Position numbers and translations under genes: made by a program. Under the pieces are notes generated by a model, which had not been told where the DNA came from, did no database searches, and worked only from the letters and a program-made list of their open reading frames with translations. A stretch of DNA of 58,071 nt, counting the filler, from Sphacelaria rigidula (taxonomy: Eukaryota): assembly GCA_964200075.2 (NCBI GenBank). It is 9 parts of 9 records of this genome, joined end to end, with 100 filler letters (N's around TTAATTAATTAA, not from the genome) between each part and the next. Parts side by side here need not be neighbours in the genome. Positions count along the whole stretch, not along the records: positions 32,320 to 38,682 come from CAXNAA020020519.1; positions 38,783 to 45,145 come from CAXNAA020020520.1; positions 45,246 to 51,608 come from CAXNAA020020521.1; 6 more parts are not named here. One strand, given 5' to 3'. Below are positions 34,804 to 48,241 of this stretch, one piece after another; position 1 is the stretch's first letter, and each line of letters begins with the position of its first letter.

Positions 34804-37399
34804 ATTATGTAATCACTCGCTCACGGCCTGAAAATGATACAGGGCATCTCTCCCTCTCTCTCTATATATATACAAGAGTTTCGGCGGCTATCGCCGCCAC
34901 GCTCGATGGATCGACAGCCAAGATACATGGGCATCGGTGATACTCATGTGCGTTGCGTAATTGTACATGGTCCAGTTTGGCAAAGTCGTAGCAGCTCATG
35001 AGCTGGCTGAACACGTTGTTCGAGGCCTTGCGCGAACCTTTTCAGAATTCGATGAGAAGCGATGATTTGTGTGAGACGCGCGTCCACCATACACAGAAAG
35101 GGTCAGCATACGTTGAGCTGATGCCGATTCGAATTCGAAAAAAAGTGCCGCTGAAGGGGGTTTTTTCCAACTCACCCAGATGAACCCGATGGGGACTATT
35201 TCTCTTCCATTTTTTTTTGACGTCCCTCTCCTTGCTTTTAGTTGGTGATATTTTGTTTGTTTCGTTTCGGTTTTTTGTCTCGAGTTTCACAAGAAATTAT
35301 GAGAACTTGTGAGGAATAACAGGGACGGTATTGGAAAGGCGGGTCTACGTCTGTATCCACGGGTACGAGCAATCGTGATGATGTACGAAAATGATCATGA
35401 CAATAAACCACTGCATACGGCGGGTCATGATGAAAAGAATGAGCATGTTGTGTACCGTAAAGCAGTAGCAGCAGCGGCGGCGGCGGCAGCAGTAGCGCAG
35501 AGAGAAAGGGGATACAAAAAATGAGACGATAGGACATGCGTGTAAGATCAAAACACGCTCCAGGTGCGCACGCTCTGCCTCAAGAGGTAGACTGCGTTTC
35601 ATCCCTTGGCGGCGAGGGTAGTCCATCCGGATCATGCATACTTTTATCAAGTGAAATTGATGCAGCTTCAACAGATGACCTATAACAGAATAATCTTCTC
35701 GCCGTCAAAGGGTTGATCGAAAGCGGCGGCACGATTTTTTGTCGCGTCTTCTGATTCTCAAATGAGCACGATGCCGGTTCAATTTTCACGCAAAATCGAA
35801 TGCCGATTCCACAAATGCTTTTTTTTTTTTTTCGATTTTCGGCCCGAAGAGGAACATGGATGGCGGGGGTACGTGCAAGGCTCAACACAACCCATCACAA
35901 TCAAAGGTGAACCTGAGGAATTGACTGCCCCCGCCAACCAAAAGCACCCAGCTCAAGGCGTAGCTGCTCATTAGCTGAGCTGCTGCGGGGAAATATCAGT
36001 TTCTGTTGGCCTCTCCACCACCCGTCTCCTTCCTCGACTCGGCATCATCACCGCCATGGACCTCGTGGCCCCAGAACGCGAGGGTAGTCATTTGGGACAC
36101 GCATTTTTTTTTTTTTACTTAAACTGATGCCGATTCCATTCGGTGAATAGTGGCAGCTTCAAATTTGACCATTTGACCGCCATGGTAGGTTATCTGTAGA
36201 ATTGGCATCACTTGCACTTGAAAAATTGCTGCGTGGCCGAAATGACTTACCCTGACGATCGGAAGGATTATAATTAATAGATACCGTTATTTTCAGTGCC
36301 TCACGAAAAACAAGTCGCATGTACTGTGAAGTAGCAGCAGCAGTAGCTACAGCAGCAGTCCAGAGACGGAAAAAACGAAGTAAAGTCGCTCTGTAAAATA
36401 GATTATCAGTCGGGACGCAGTGCTGTCTACACACTTGACTGTCTGTTAAAAACTTCATGTTACCCAGATCCATCATTGGCTCGATACCGGACATGGCTCG
36501 GTAAAGACTGAAGACACACAATCAGCGCCGGTATACACCGCTCGACCAGGCAATATCATCTTGTCGTTCACTTCGCGGGGGAGTGGTGAATCGTATGACG
36601 CCGCTTGCTGTTGTGCAACGAACAACCTCTTCAAAAAGGTCAATTTTGATTATTCAGTGCAGACTTTCCCCAGCATACCTGGTTCGGCGGATTGTGCCAC
36701 CTCATACAAAATTGCTGCAATACTCTCGAGGAGGAATATAGCCCGCGTTTTCGAACTTTCGTGCACCCAGTTTGACTTTTGGCCTGATTAATAATTTGTC
36801 GAACAGTCCACAAAAACGGTTTCTCAAGTGACTCAAAAAGTTATCTGGAAGAGAACTCGAAAGGTTTTGCGGACTGTTAACTGTTTGAGAAGTCATTCGT
36901 CCGGCTAAACGTCAAAGTGGACGTACGAAAAGGTCGGAAAGGGCGCTGGAATCCTCTCGGGAAAGCACAGCAAGACTTTTCGAGGTGTCACAATCCGCAC
37001 AGCCTCGAACTACTACTACTGTACTCTGGGGAAAATTGACGCTGAATCACCGAACAATGGGTTTATAAGTACTGCGTACGGATTTTTTTTAGATATATCA
37101 TTCATATCCCTGATGAAATTTCATTTGAAGTTTCGCGCGACGATTTTGTGACCCGTTTTTACCGCACATAAAGGACATGCCGACGAGTGTTTCTTCAGTG
37201 CCAAAACGCCATGCACATCCCGCAACGGCACCCATCACCTGAACATACGGTCAAAAACATGTGAGATGGAAGCAAACACCACCACCAAAAAACTGTTCCG
37301 CAAAGCATTCGCTTCATCTTCAGGGGAAAATTCACACCAAATGTTGTCACGACGAGGAGTCGTAGATCGATTTACCATAATACCTGTCGCCCATATTAA

Positions 37400-38456
37400 C
37401 CCTTTGGGGACTGAAGCTCACTACCAAGGGGTTCACCATTTGTTAGTAAAACAATAATCAACAAGTCTGGGAGCGACCTGCCCAGTCACGGCGAGGCGAA
37501 ATTTGTCGACCACATCCGAACGACCAGTGGGGGGGCTGTCGCCAGGAGTGATGTCACCGCAAAGTTGGTGCGTGTACCCTGTCCCTGGCCCACAAAAAGC
37601 TCTTCGAAACAAAAGAAAGCCCAAGTGATTGGGGCTCGGTGTCTCGATTTTTTTATCATTCATTTCCATTTTACATAGGTCCGACCTCCACTGCCCCGGT
37701 TTTTTTCGGGGTCACCATCCTATCGTAAAACTTAGTTGATGACACTGACACATGGTGCTCGGGGGAAATTCGGGAATAAATGTACCCTACTATATATGTG
37801 GTCATGTCCTCAAGGCGACTGAATCTAGCAACGCTGTGGGACGAGACACAGAGCTACAGGCATGAATTCTGCGTATCCCTCTGTCGAAGTGGTACAAGCG
37901 GCGGTGAGGTCTTATGTAGTCGACGGGAACGAACAAGCTGTGTATAGGCAGCTGATCTCCGTCGCGGAGAACTGCCCAGAACATGTGAGGGAGTATGCAG
38001 CGGCAGCAGCTGCTGCTGCATTCGAAGAGGCGTACTGTACTGTATCTGCGGCGCTACGCCCATGCCGTTCGAAGAGAATTTGCCGCTTGCGAAAAAGAGG
38101 GAAATCACGGCCCACCCCGGCCACGAAGGGCTGTATGGCAAGGTGATGGGGACAATATCCAAGGCCACAAATGGCGGGCGGCGGTTGCCACATCCTGTTG
38201 AAAGCTCTCCACGGCGACTTATACTGCTTGATAAATCTGTACATTACCTGATGCGCATAACACCCGAGTTATAGTACAGACAGTTTGTACCTGCACCTGA
38301 AAATTGATTGGATGGAACTTTCGGTCTTCCTCTAACCCTGCGGTTACATACATACGTGGATTTTTGGCAACATGATGCAATTGTTTCATGCATATGCAGG
38401 ACCCATCATCCCTAACCAGCCTCATTGGTCGTTCTGGAGGCCCAGTCCCAAAAGGG
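37400..38456. mobile_element. Non-autonomous piggyBac-like element (1057 bp); related right end at ~51748-51908
   Basis: TTAA|CCCTTTGGGGACTG ... CAGTCCCAAAAGGG|TTCA. The right subterminal ~160 bp is homologous to the start of contig 9. Confidence 0.7.
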
Positions 38457-38939
38457 TTCAACGTTCGACCGCGAGCAATGATGAGTAATGTTTAAGGCCG
38501 CTTCTTATGGACTGAAAAAAATATGTCTGAAAACTGTCCTTTCGAACATTTCATCACGGATTATTGGCGAAATAGTGGTCTTGGCGGATTTGGCCTCCTC
38601 GGAAAGATTTGCTCTATTTTTCACGAGGAACTGAAAAAATCCAGAATCCGGCCGAGAAAAAAACTGGGAGTACGAAATATCGNNNNNNNNNNNNNNNNNN
38701 NNNNNNNNNNNNNNNNNNNNNNNNNNTTAATTAATTAANNNNNNNNNNNNNNNNNNNNNNNNNNNNNNNNNNNNNNNNNNNNCCTCCCTACAAAGCCGGG
38801 ATGGAGCACGCCGTGTTTTCGCCGGATCAGGCTTGCACTCAAACCACCAAGCGCGAAGCGCCGTGGTGTGTTCGGCGAGTCGCATGAAGAGCGAGCTGCA
38901 TCCGGCTAAGATTTCTCGGCTCGACGCGTACTGATCATC

Positions 38940-40492
38940 TTACACATGTATGGCAGCCTCCAATGAGTTGCTTCATTTTCTGGTATCGCCACTTCCAGAG
39001 ACAGCCACGGCTTTACACTGCCTCCTGGGTGTCTCACCATTTAAACACTACGTAGTACGATTGTTGTAGCCACTGGTGTATCTCGGGTGCATGAGCGGCT
39101 GCCCGGGAGGAACAGCCCAAGTCGCGGTGCCGCCGCCACCGCTCCTGGGGCCTCCAAGAAATTTGGTTACCCCAGCGAGCTCATTGACGATGTGGTCCAT
39201 GTCGACCTGTCGCCCTTGTTCAGACGCACTCATTACTTCGTTGTGCGTCCAAACGGCTGCGGCATGTAATTTATTTCCGAGTAAGCAACGCTCGAGTCTC
39301 GCTTCTAGCGTGGCGATAAACGACGCCTCTTCCTTGAGGTCCTGGTCCATCTGAGCCAAACGGAGTAGCTCACGAACAGTGATAGCTTTCTGCTGTCATC
39401 CCACTGACTTGCATGCGGTGGTCTCCGTCAGCAAAGTGGAGAACAGGCTTTTGAACTGAGAGCGAAGAACAAAGGCCGCCAAAAACAAGCACGTTGGGCT
39501 GTGAGCGGTGCCGCGGGAGCCAGACACCACGTAACTGAGTGCCTCATGAAAGAGAAAATAATACCGGGGTGAAATGGATCGAAAGAAAACCACCGTGAGA
39601 GGAGGGGCCTGTGTCCGGAGGTGGCGAAATCGCGAACCACGTACATAACGATACATTCAAACAGTACGATGAGCGATCCCGAACATAACCCTTTGGTGGC
39701 GAACGGTGGTCCAGTTTTGAATCAGCATCATCTGTATTCATTTTCTGAACGACAGTGATGTCGACTCATGAACAGATCATCTTTCGTAAGCAAAGGGTTA
39801 GAATGAGCATTGAAAACTTCCAGCAGAGTAGAACCGCGTCCAGAATGACGCCATCTGGAACTCGCCGGGACTCGAATTGAATCGAGTTGCCAAAGAAATG
39901 TGAGCAAAGCGTGAGTGTAACGAGTAACAGCCGGGAGCGTGAGCCGCTTTGAACCCGAGCGCGCCTGACCCATGTGAGTGGGTTCGAACGAGGCAAAGGC
40001 AGCTGGAAACATTTGCTGAACATGACCGAAATAGGAAAATACATGGACAAAGAACGTGCGAATTCGTCGGGACGGGAACCGGGGAGGAGATCTCAACCCA
40101 GATCTGTGCATGGCTAAGAACAGCCATAATAGCGTCAAAGAGCCAGTGCGAACTTGAAACTGAAACAAGGCAGGAGCTGTGCGGAGAGCAATGAGAACAG
40201 CCCGTGTCAAAGAGCCAGTATGGACTTGACACTGAAACAAGGCAGGAGCTGTGCGGAGAGTAGTGAGCGTCATGAGCCAATCTGAACGTGAGCTGGGCAG
40301 AAACGTCAAGTAAGGCGCGATCGCGCGGTCATGGTGGAAAGCAGCCTGCACCAATGAGCTAGTATGAACATGCCACTGCACGTCTGGAGAGGAGGCCAGG
40401 AAAACACCGCCGTGATGGAGCAAATCCAAACGGAAGGTAGTAGGATATGTGAAACGGACACGAACATCGCGGGAAGTAGCTAGTGCCCGCAA
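38940..40492 (-). pseudogene. Decayed gag-like ORF of a retroelement; its 3' part (~38950-39053) recurs at ~45275-45379
   Basis: Broken minus-strand ORFs, an internal 72-bp tandem duplication (40134-40260), a decayed knuckle-like end (CLNGETPRRQCKA) and a second copy in another contig. Confidence 0.45.
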
Positions 40493-40675
40493 AGAAAGGG
40501 CTGAATGAACCCTAGCCAGACAGGAAGGGAGACTGGGCGTGAACTAGGGAGGGAGGCAATTTCCTTTACAAATCCGGTTGAAAGCGAGCTGTCCGGAAAT
40601 TATGGCGACAACGCATGAGCGTGACCAGAATACCGAGTGGTCGGAGCTGCTTCTATCCTAATTGATGGAGGGAGG

Positions 40676-40840
40676 GGGGGGGGGGGGGGTTTTATTTTTT
40701 TCTCGCCTTAGCCGCTTGATTATTGACCACACATCCCCTTCGAGGCGGAGCACGGAGANNNNNNNNNNGGACGAGCAGAAAGAAAGAGGAAACAGGGCGG
40801 GGGGGAGCGCAGGTCGGGGGGGTGGGGTGGTGTGGGGGAG

Positions 40841-40871
<31 letters not shown>

Positions 40872-40946
40872 GTTTCATTTGTTACTCGCCTTAGCCGCTT
40901 GATCATTGACCACACATCCCTTTCGAGACGGAGCACGGAGACGGAG
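40676..40946 (-). mobile_element. Short poly(C)-tailed LINE 3' fragment with a 13-bp TSD; appears twice around a 10-N gap
   Basis: TGATGGAGGGAGG at 40663-40675 and 40947-40959. The element reads ...GGCGAGTAACAAATGAAACG-CCCCCC on the minus strand. Confidence 0.85.
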
Positions 40947-43900
40947 TGATGGAGGGAGGAGAGCAAGGGTAGGGAGAGTTGGGGACGGGGAACATGTGTT
41001 CCTGAAATCTACGGTTGCACATCTGAGTTGAAACGTTCAACATGCTGGAGAGGTCAAGTTGTGTGTATGTGTAAATTCGTTTTCTAGACAGAACAGGTGC
41101 GTGTGAAAATAAGGGGAAGTAAAATAAAATCGCCCGCGCGGAAGACGTGCTAATAATTGCATTTCGAACATAGCTTTGGATCCGTGAAGCACGTACAAGA
41201 CTTGGTAAGTGAAAACGGGAGGGGATCCACATGACGAGAAACGAATGGACATTACTCTCCACACAGAAAGCACCAAGACGAGTAGCGGTAAATGGGTTGA
41301 AAGGAAAAAGAAAACGTCCACGCTCCCGCTGAGGTGCTACGATGTAAGAAAGAGAACGGTCTCACGCACTGTATAGCGGAGTTTCGAGAACCTCTGAACG
41401 GCAACCCATGAGTCCCTGGTAACAACTGATAGAGCGAGTGGTTGGTAACCGCTGAAAAATGAAATGAAGACATCTTCGAGCACATATAGATATAGATACA
41501 TATCGATGCCGCCGCATCGAACACGATATTTCTGGGAACTGGTGAAAAGACCGTGAGGGTGGCACATGGGGTGCGAGAGCTGTAGGGGAGATTGAACAGT
41601 AGTGGGTCGCCCTGCCTGAAAACGTCACACCTACATATGAGTCAACTTGTCGGTATTGGACACGAGGGTCAAAGGGCACTTTGAAGTCGATTCGGTCGCG
41701 GCGTCCTCCGGAGGGCTGAGGTTGTCCGCGAGGGTCTCGCGCGCTCCTCCAGGGATTCGATGGTCTCCTGTCAATCGAAATTCATGTCTACTTCCGGGAG
41801 CCTCATATGTGGAAAACGTGAGTCCGGAAAGGTGCAAATGACGGAAGCCCCTGGTCGAAAGACCGGGGCGTGTAGACCGACGACGAAACGGGCCTGGTCG
41901 ATATATTTCGCTCCGCCGTGATTGGGCAGGTTGCTCCCTGACTTATTTTTCATTGTTTCACCAACACACGGTCAACCCTGTGTCAGTGGGGGGTCGGTCC
42001 CAAAAGGTTCAACAGGTGACGGAACTGAGTACTGTTTTCTTGCATGCTTGATCCGGATCTTCACGCGTGCGGGAAAGTGTGCCTTGTACACTCGATTCGG
42101 GTTTCACAGGTGAGGGGTAGGTAGCTTTTGGTATACATGAGATTCAAATCGCGCGGGTGGACGACAAGCTACAGTGCTTGCCTGACCCGAGTGATATAAA
42201 TGACGACCATGTGATGTACAGATGACACAGTTCTGCAAATCAGATGTACACGAGAGTGTGTGCGTGAAGCGGGTCGTACAGCTCGTCGCTCGGCAAATAT
42301 GTACGGGGTAAGTGGGTCCCACGGATCAGCATCGGAAAAACGTGCACGGGTGACAGCACACCTCGGACAGATCATGATCTATGCCCCAAATGAGTTGACC
42401 TCGATCTCTGTCACGAGCTGATCCGTCCGACATGTGCAACCCTGCAGCATAGAGCATGAGTTGAGGAAAGGGATAAGTACACTGCAGTAGTTGGATATGA
42501 GGTGTATATTTCTTGTTGGGGAAAACTTGAGCATCTTCTCTTATGGTACGGGTCGGCGACGGTATAGCGCGGTAGGGTGGGCGACCGACTTGCTTACATG
42601 CTCATGGACAGACAGTGACGGCAGTACAAAGCTGCGTGTTGTTCAAATATTTCTTCATGTCGCACTGTATGCCGAGAGTATGGGTAGTCCCGCGATGCCT
42701 GTACTGTACGTTAGTCCCTCTTTCACACCCTATACCACACGAAACTACTGCTTGACGGATTCAGTCGTCTTTTTCGATCCAAAGCGTGCAAATTCGCTCG
42801 GGCCCAAACCGTGCACAACAGACGAATGCTATTCCGTCGCACTCATTCGTTCGACAGCGAAAAAAATGATGAAGACACAACATTCGTAGATGCCTCGAGA
42901 GCCAGTCTTGCGCCAAAGAAAGAAATGCAATTCAAATGCCAAGATGCCCGCATACAAGAATCGTACGCACCTCACGTATCTTTCGACGGTTTAGTATTGT
43001 ATTTTCAGTACAAGTCAAGCCTTACTTTGCTTGTGGATTTCTTCGCCGTGTCTGAACGAAACCAGCCTGAACCTTGGCACAGAGGTAGACCACAACACAG
43101 ACAGCATATTGCCGGATCGGTGGCACGTTTTACGTGGTGCGCCAGACGCACGAAGCGAATACGGATTTTGGGCAATGCCATCGCTACGCTCTCAAAACGG
43201 AGTCCACTCGGCCCAGACTGCAGACGTCAGTGGATGCATATGTTGACACGCAGATGCGCTCACTTCCACATCATGACCTGCTGGGTGGCTCCTACCCCGG
43301 CAAACAAACATCGATCCGTTTTGGGCACACTCTGGTTGATGTCATTCTGCGCGGTACAGCAGTGGGCGGTCTAACTATTCAGGGGTGTTTCGGGGTTTTC
43401 CTCGCGTACTACTTTTCGATAGAACTAAAAAATTCTAGCGTCGGTAGATTTTGGTACAATAAGCAGATCATCCTCCAAACACAGTGCCCAAGTCAGTGTT
43501 AGTTGGTGTTATCTGGCGATACGAGTAAATACCCCGTTCATCAGGAGGGTGTTTTTGACCGTGAAACACAGTTTTTCGGCTCTAGTGCAATGAGTAGGTG
43601 AAATTTCAAAAAAATGAACCTGTATATTTCTCCACAAGTATGATCGGGACAGGTTCGATCAATGAAAATATCGAAGAGTAAAAATCTGGACTGAAACGTG
43701 GCAGGACCCCTGATGACCGGTCAGCCCGTAAGTCACTCAATATTGAGTACATATCACTTTTTTTCTTGGAATGTGGAGCGTATAAAATATCTTCAGATCG
43801 CCAAAAAAATGAGCGGTGGCAAGCAACTGGAGCCCAAAAAAATCGCCAATTACGAAAAAAGCACGAACTGCCACAAAATGAATAGGTAGACCGCCCACTA

Positions 43901-44877
43901 CTGTATTCATCTTGATATCGCTCGCCTGTAAAGGTGCTCACTTCAGGAGGCACGGCCGTGCAAGTGCTGTCGGAGCTTTTACGCGCTGAAACATCGACCA
44001 TATGTGATGTAGACAACAAACAACTTCACCTTGCTGAATCTGGGATTGCGCAGTGTGTGCGTGGGTATTGGGGCGAAAATATGCCGGATTATTTTCTTTT
44101 TTTTTTCTTCTTATGGCGTAAGACTGGAGCTGGCTGCTGGCTTTTCCATCATAGCTCGAGAAACCCCAATAGAAATAAATGTACCAATTAAGATACGCTT
44201 AAGGCACCTGACGGGAAAAACTCTGGTTCGTGGGAACCACGACACGTGGAACAATTACCAGAGTATCCGGAGAAAGACAATTTAATCCTCCATCTCCCAA
44301 GCTTTTCAAAATTGAAAGAAAATCAAACCGAGTTGCAAGAGTGGATGTGGAGTATGGCTCTATTGACGTAAAAAATGCGGCCGAAACACCCTCTGTTTCA
44401 ATTACGGTACACTTTACGCAGCAGTTGATTTCTTGCGACCTTAGACGTCTCAGACCTTTCCTTTGGTACAAACGTTTATGAGATTAGTGCGGTCCGTTTT
44501 CAAGAAAAAAAAGGAAAGAAAAATTTAACCCGGGGATGAAAATCGCCTATCCCCTGTTTTTCGGAACAAATTTCGCCATTAAGTCAGTGTTTGGTGACGC
44601 CGTACTCGACAAAAACTATTGTTTTCTCTTTTTTTCTTTTTCAATCCACTGAAATACGTTTTGATAGTAATCTTCCAAAATTTGGTGTTAATCGGTTTTG
44701 ATCAAGGTACTCCATCACGCACGTTATGTGGTGCCCCTAATCATTCATTTTCCACCAAAAATCTGAAATGACTACGAAAATGGAACACCTGAGACGTTTC
44801 AGACCTTCTCTTTTGGTACAATGTGTATGACACTACGAGCTGGGCCAGCCGAGAAGCGATTCTGCAGTTTGCAGGCC

Positions 44878-45145
44878 CCATTACACGGCCAATACTTGGA
44901 GCTGGACCCTGAAATTTGGTATGGACAATGAGTAGGGCATAATAAAAAAATTTACCGGCGTACACAAGGATTTTTTCTTTCATGAGTTAGGGGCATTTTA
45001 CCGATATCTGACTACTGATTATTGCCCTTAACTCACGAAAAAATAAATAAAGACCTTGTGTACGCCAGTATTTTTTATTATTATGCCCTACTCATTGTCC
45101 ATACCAAATTTCAGGGTCCAACTCCAAGTATTTGCCATATAATGG
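44878..45145. repeat. Long inverted repeat (fold-back or MITE-like), cut by the contig end
   Basis: ~44878-44996 is the imperfect reverse complement of ~45023-45145. Confidence 0.85.
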
Positions 45146-47857
45146 NNNNNNNNNNNNNNNNNNNNNNNNNNNNNNNNNNNNNNNNNNNNTTAATTAATTA
45201 ANNNNNNNNNNNNNNNNNNNNNNNNNNNNNNNNNNNNNNNNNNNNCCGAAGCCTACTGATTGTCTTGCATTTGGATGGCAGCCTACAATGAGTTGCTTCA
45301 TTGTCTGGTATCTCCACTTTCCGAGACAGCCATGGTTTACACACTGCCTCATGGGTGTTTCACCATTCAAACACTACGTGGAACGACCGGGAGGGGGGAG
45401 GGGAGGGGATCTTCCTTACTCCGCTGGGGAGCACCTACACTTCCCTCTAACGGCAAAAAAAATCAGGAGCCGCTACGGCGAGAAGTACCAGTGCCTGCGC
45501 TAGACTGCAGCCAAAAATGCGATTACAGCACAGAGCAAGCACAGCGTCTCCTTTTGGTCTTTACTTTCTTGGATCATCTCGCGGGCGAGCAAACGGTCAT
45601 TTCCACACTGAAGTCGTTCGAAACGGCTACTGTTGTACCGACGAACCCCGACGACTGTCGCGCGAAGGGGCAGTGATGACCCTTCACTGTAGCACTCTTT
45701 TCACCACCAGTACAGGTCACATGCTGAATCGATCCGTATCAATTTCACTTGAAAAAAATGTCGCGGGATCCAGATGACCTACCTACCCTCGCGATCGAGG
45801 GGTTGAGGGTGTCGCAACGATTAAATGCCGTCCATTACCGTTCATGTACGGTAGGTAATGCTACAAAAAATGCCAAATGCGCTCAGGTACGCACTTTCTA
45901 ATGATGCAGCGAGCGCAGCTTATTATGCATTTACGAAATATCCATATATATATATAAGTATATAAGTAATAGTATCATGAAGTAATTAATTAATTAATTA
46001 TTTGGTTGGTTGGTTGAGGATGGATGGTTGAATGGTTTTCATTTTTAGGACAAGGGAAGGACAACATGTAAAATACCCGTGAAACACGCCCCTCGATTGA
46101 GATGAACATCTTTTTGTTGTCAATGCTGCCTCAGGTAAAATAGATGTGGTTCCATCAGTGCACACTGAGGTGAAACGTATTCCCCGCCCGTCCCGCCCCC
46201 GCCCCGCCACCAATGTCAATTTTTCACACAGGTTGGGTCAACGAGCAGTGAACATTATCGGTACGTTGAATGCTACCCCTGAATATCACCCCTGTAAGTG
46301 CAAAAATATCACCCCCAGGTGGATAAATCATGAATTCATAGTTATTCTCACACAATGTATGCCCATCTGTTGTAGAGTGCAGCGCTTAGTCGAGGTACGC
46401 AGTATGTAACATTCCAAGTGTAGGACGAATGAATGAGTCTTCCGTAAATTACTTGATTTTAGTGTGATTGATTCGTACCGTACGAATCAATCCTCAGGCT
46501 TTGTTTTCAGTGTTGAACGTTGAAACCCAGGTACGCGCGGCCCAGGCACGGAGAGTGGCGCAAAAAATTGCGTGGAGACCTTTCCGACCAGCTGAAAATC
46601 GTGGATTTAGTGATTCGAACCGGCACTGATTCGTCCGACCCGCGTGACCTTTCCGCCTACCCTCGAAACACCAACACCACCACGGGACGATGAGTACTAT
46701 CGGGGTCCCCAGATCTCTCATCATTCGGAGTACTGCTGACTACCCGCAAGTTAGGGCCGCCGGCTGCAGCACTTCATCCTGACCCATGTATACAAAGTAG
46801 AACAGTATTACAGGTGGGATACGAATTGCGGTTTAGGACGACCGCAGTTGTTCGTACTTCGAAACTGTCAGAGTCAAGGCAAAGAGCAATTTGTCCGAGC
46901 TGTACTGTACGTACGTAAAAACGAGATTGTGGCGGCAGACAATCCCCCCCGCAGGTACAAACACTGAACACACGGGATATATTTCAACAGTCTGTGGTAC
47001 TACATATACACACGCATGAAATATAAGTCCTCCCTTGCATACCACGTGCCCGCCCTTTTATCATCGTGATTTTTCCTTCTCGGCGCCGATAATGGTTCAT
47101 GGTATACCGGGATATATCATGTATCGAAAATGATGCAAATTAAGAAAGCAGAAGCTGGCACAAGGAAGAGTGAGACAGCGTCAACCGCAGCATTCCCGTC
47201 ATTTCTTCTCGTGGGAAGTTCCCACAGTTAACCCTCAGACTGCGATATGGGTAGTCTATCTGGATCAGATACACTTTTTTCAAGTGAAATTACTGCCGAT
47301 TCAGCAGGTGACCTACCCTCGCGGTCAAACCCGGTCAGCAGTTCAAAGAGCATTATGCAGCAGCGGAGCACAGCACAGGAAAAGTTGTGCACTCGCTTGG
47401 ACCACAGTACTTGGAACACGTGGAAGCAAGCATATTAAGAATCTAAACAACAACAGGTGGAACGCGAGACCGGTGGGAAAAAAAAAAAACACTGGCCTGC
47501 CCAGCGACGTGTTGGGGGGTATAGATAGATATATCTGCCCTCATCGTGTCGTGAAAAAACATGCTTGCGTCCCCACCACCACGAGTTGAGGTGAGGCAAC
47601 AAGCAAAATCCACGCACATCTGTTATTTGCTGTCATTTGCAACCTGTTGAAAAATGGGGGAAGGGAGGGGAGGGGAGGGGAGAGGAGGGGAGGGGAAGAA
47701 ACTGGTGCTGCGCGATGCCTTTACAAGTATAACTGCTGCGGAGCTGGGCTGGTGCCTAGGAGATGCATATATTCGAAATTTCATGTTTAGATCCGATGCG
47801 GCTTTCCTTCCCCTTTTCCCGACCCTCGCTCGGCGACTCCATCTTCGATCATTGGAG

Positions 47858-48241
47858 GATTCTCAAACTCGAGGTTCCTGGTATACAGCGGAAACCTAAG
47901 GTAATATCGAGTTTGAGATACCTCTTTTGTCGATTACTTCTCATCGACGAACAATCAACGCAATTATTACATTGGAGGTATCTCAAACTCGAGGTTACCC
48001 GTATGTTCAGCAGTAAATTACTGTGGTTGCGATAGACACGGAACCTCGGGCTTTGAGACAACCCTATATTTTTTCCATCAGGGTTGGTTAAAAAATCCAG
48101 CGTTTCATTGGCTAGAGCACAGTACAACAGTGCTACGAGTAAAAGAGGTACACACCGACATATCTCAAACTCCAGATTCCACGGATATATCACGGCAACT
48201 TACATTCAAATATCTGAGGAACCCCGAGTTTGAGATACCCC
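47858..48241. repeat. Array of ~20-bp TATCTCAAACTCGAGGTTCC-like motifs in alternating orientation (MITE-like)
   Basis: Copies at ~47860(+), ~47905(-), ~47979(+), ~48041(-), ~48161(+) and ~48218(-). Confidence 0.7.

Noticed and set aside
40690..40946. Two tandem LINE-end insertions
   Set aside because: A single TSD pair encloses both and a 10-N gap separates them, so this is probably one insertion assembled twice.
41000..42480. Possible LTR/leader of the gag-like relic
   Set aside because: No second LTR, PBS or clear TG..CA boundary could be identified.
45964..46000. TAATTAATTAATTAATTA as another spacer
   Set aside because: No flanking Ns. It is a natural (TAAT)n microsatellite in an AT-rich patch.
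47858..48241. CRISPR-like repeat-spacer array
   Set aside because: Repeats alternate in orientation, are degenerate and irregularly spaced. No cas genes, and the context is eukaryotic.
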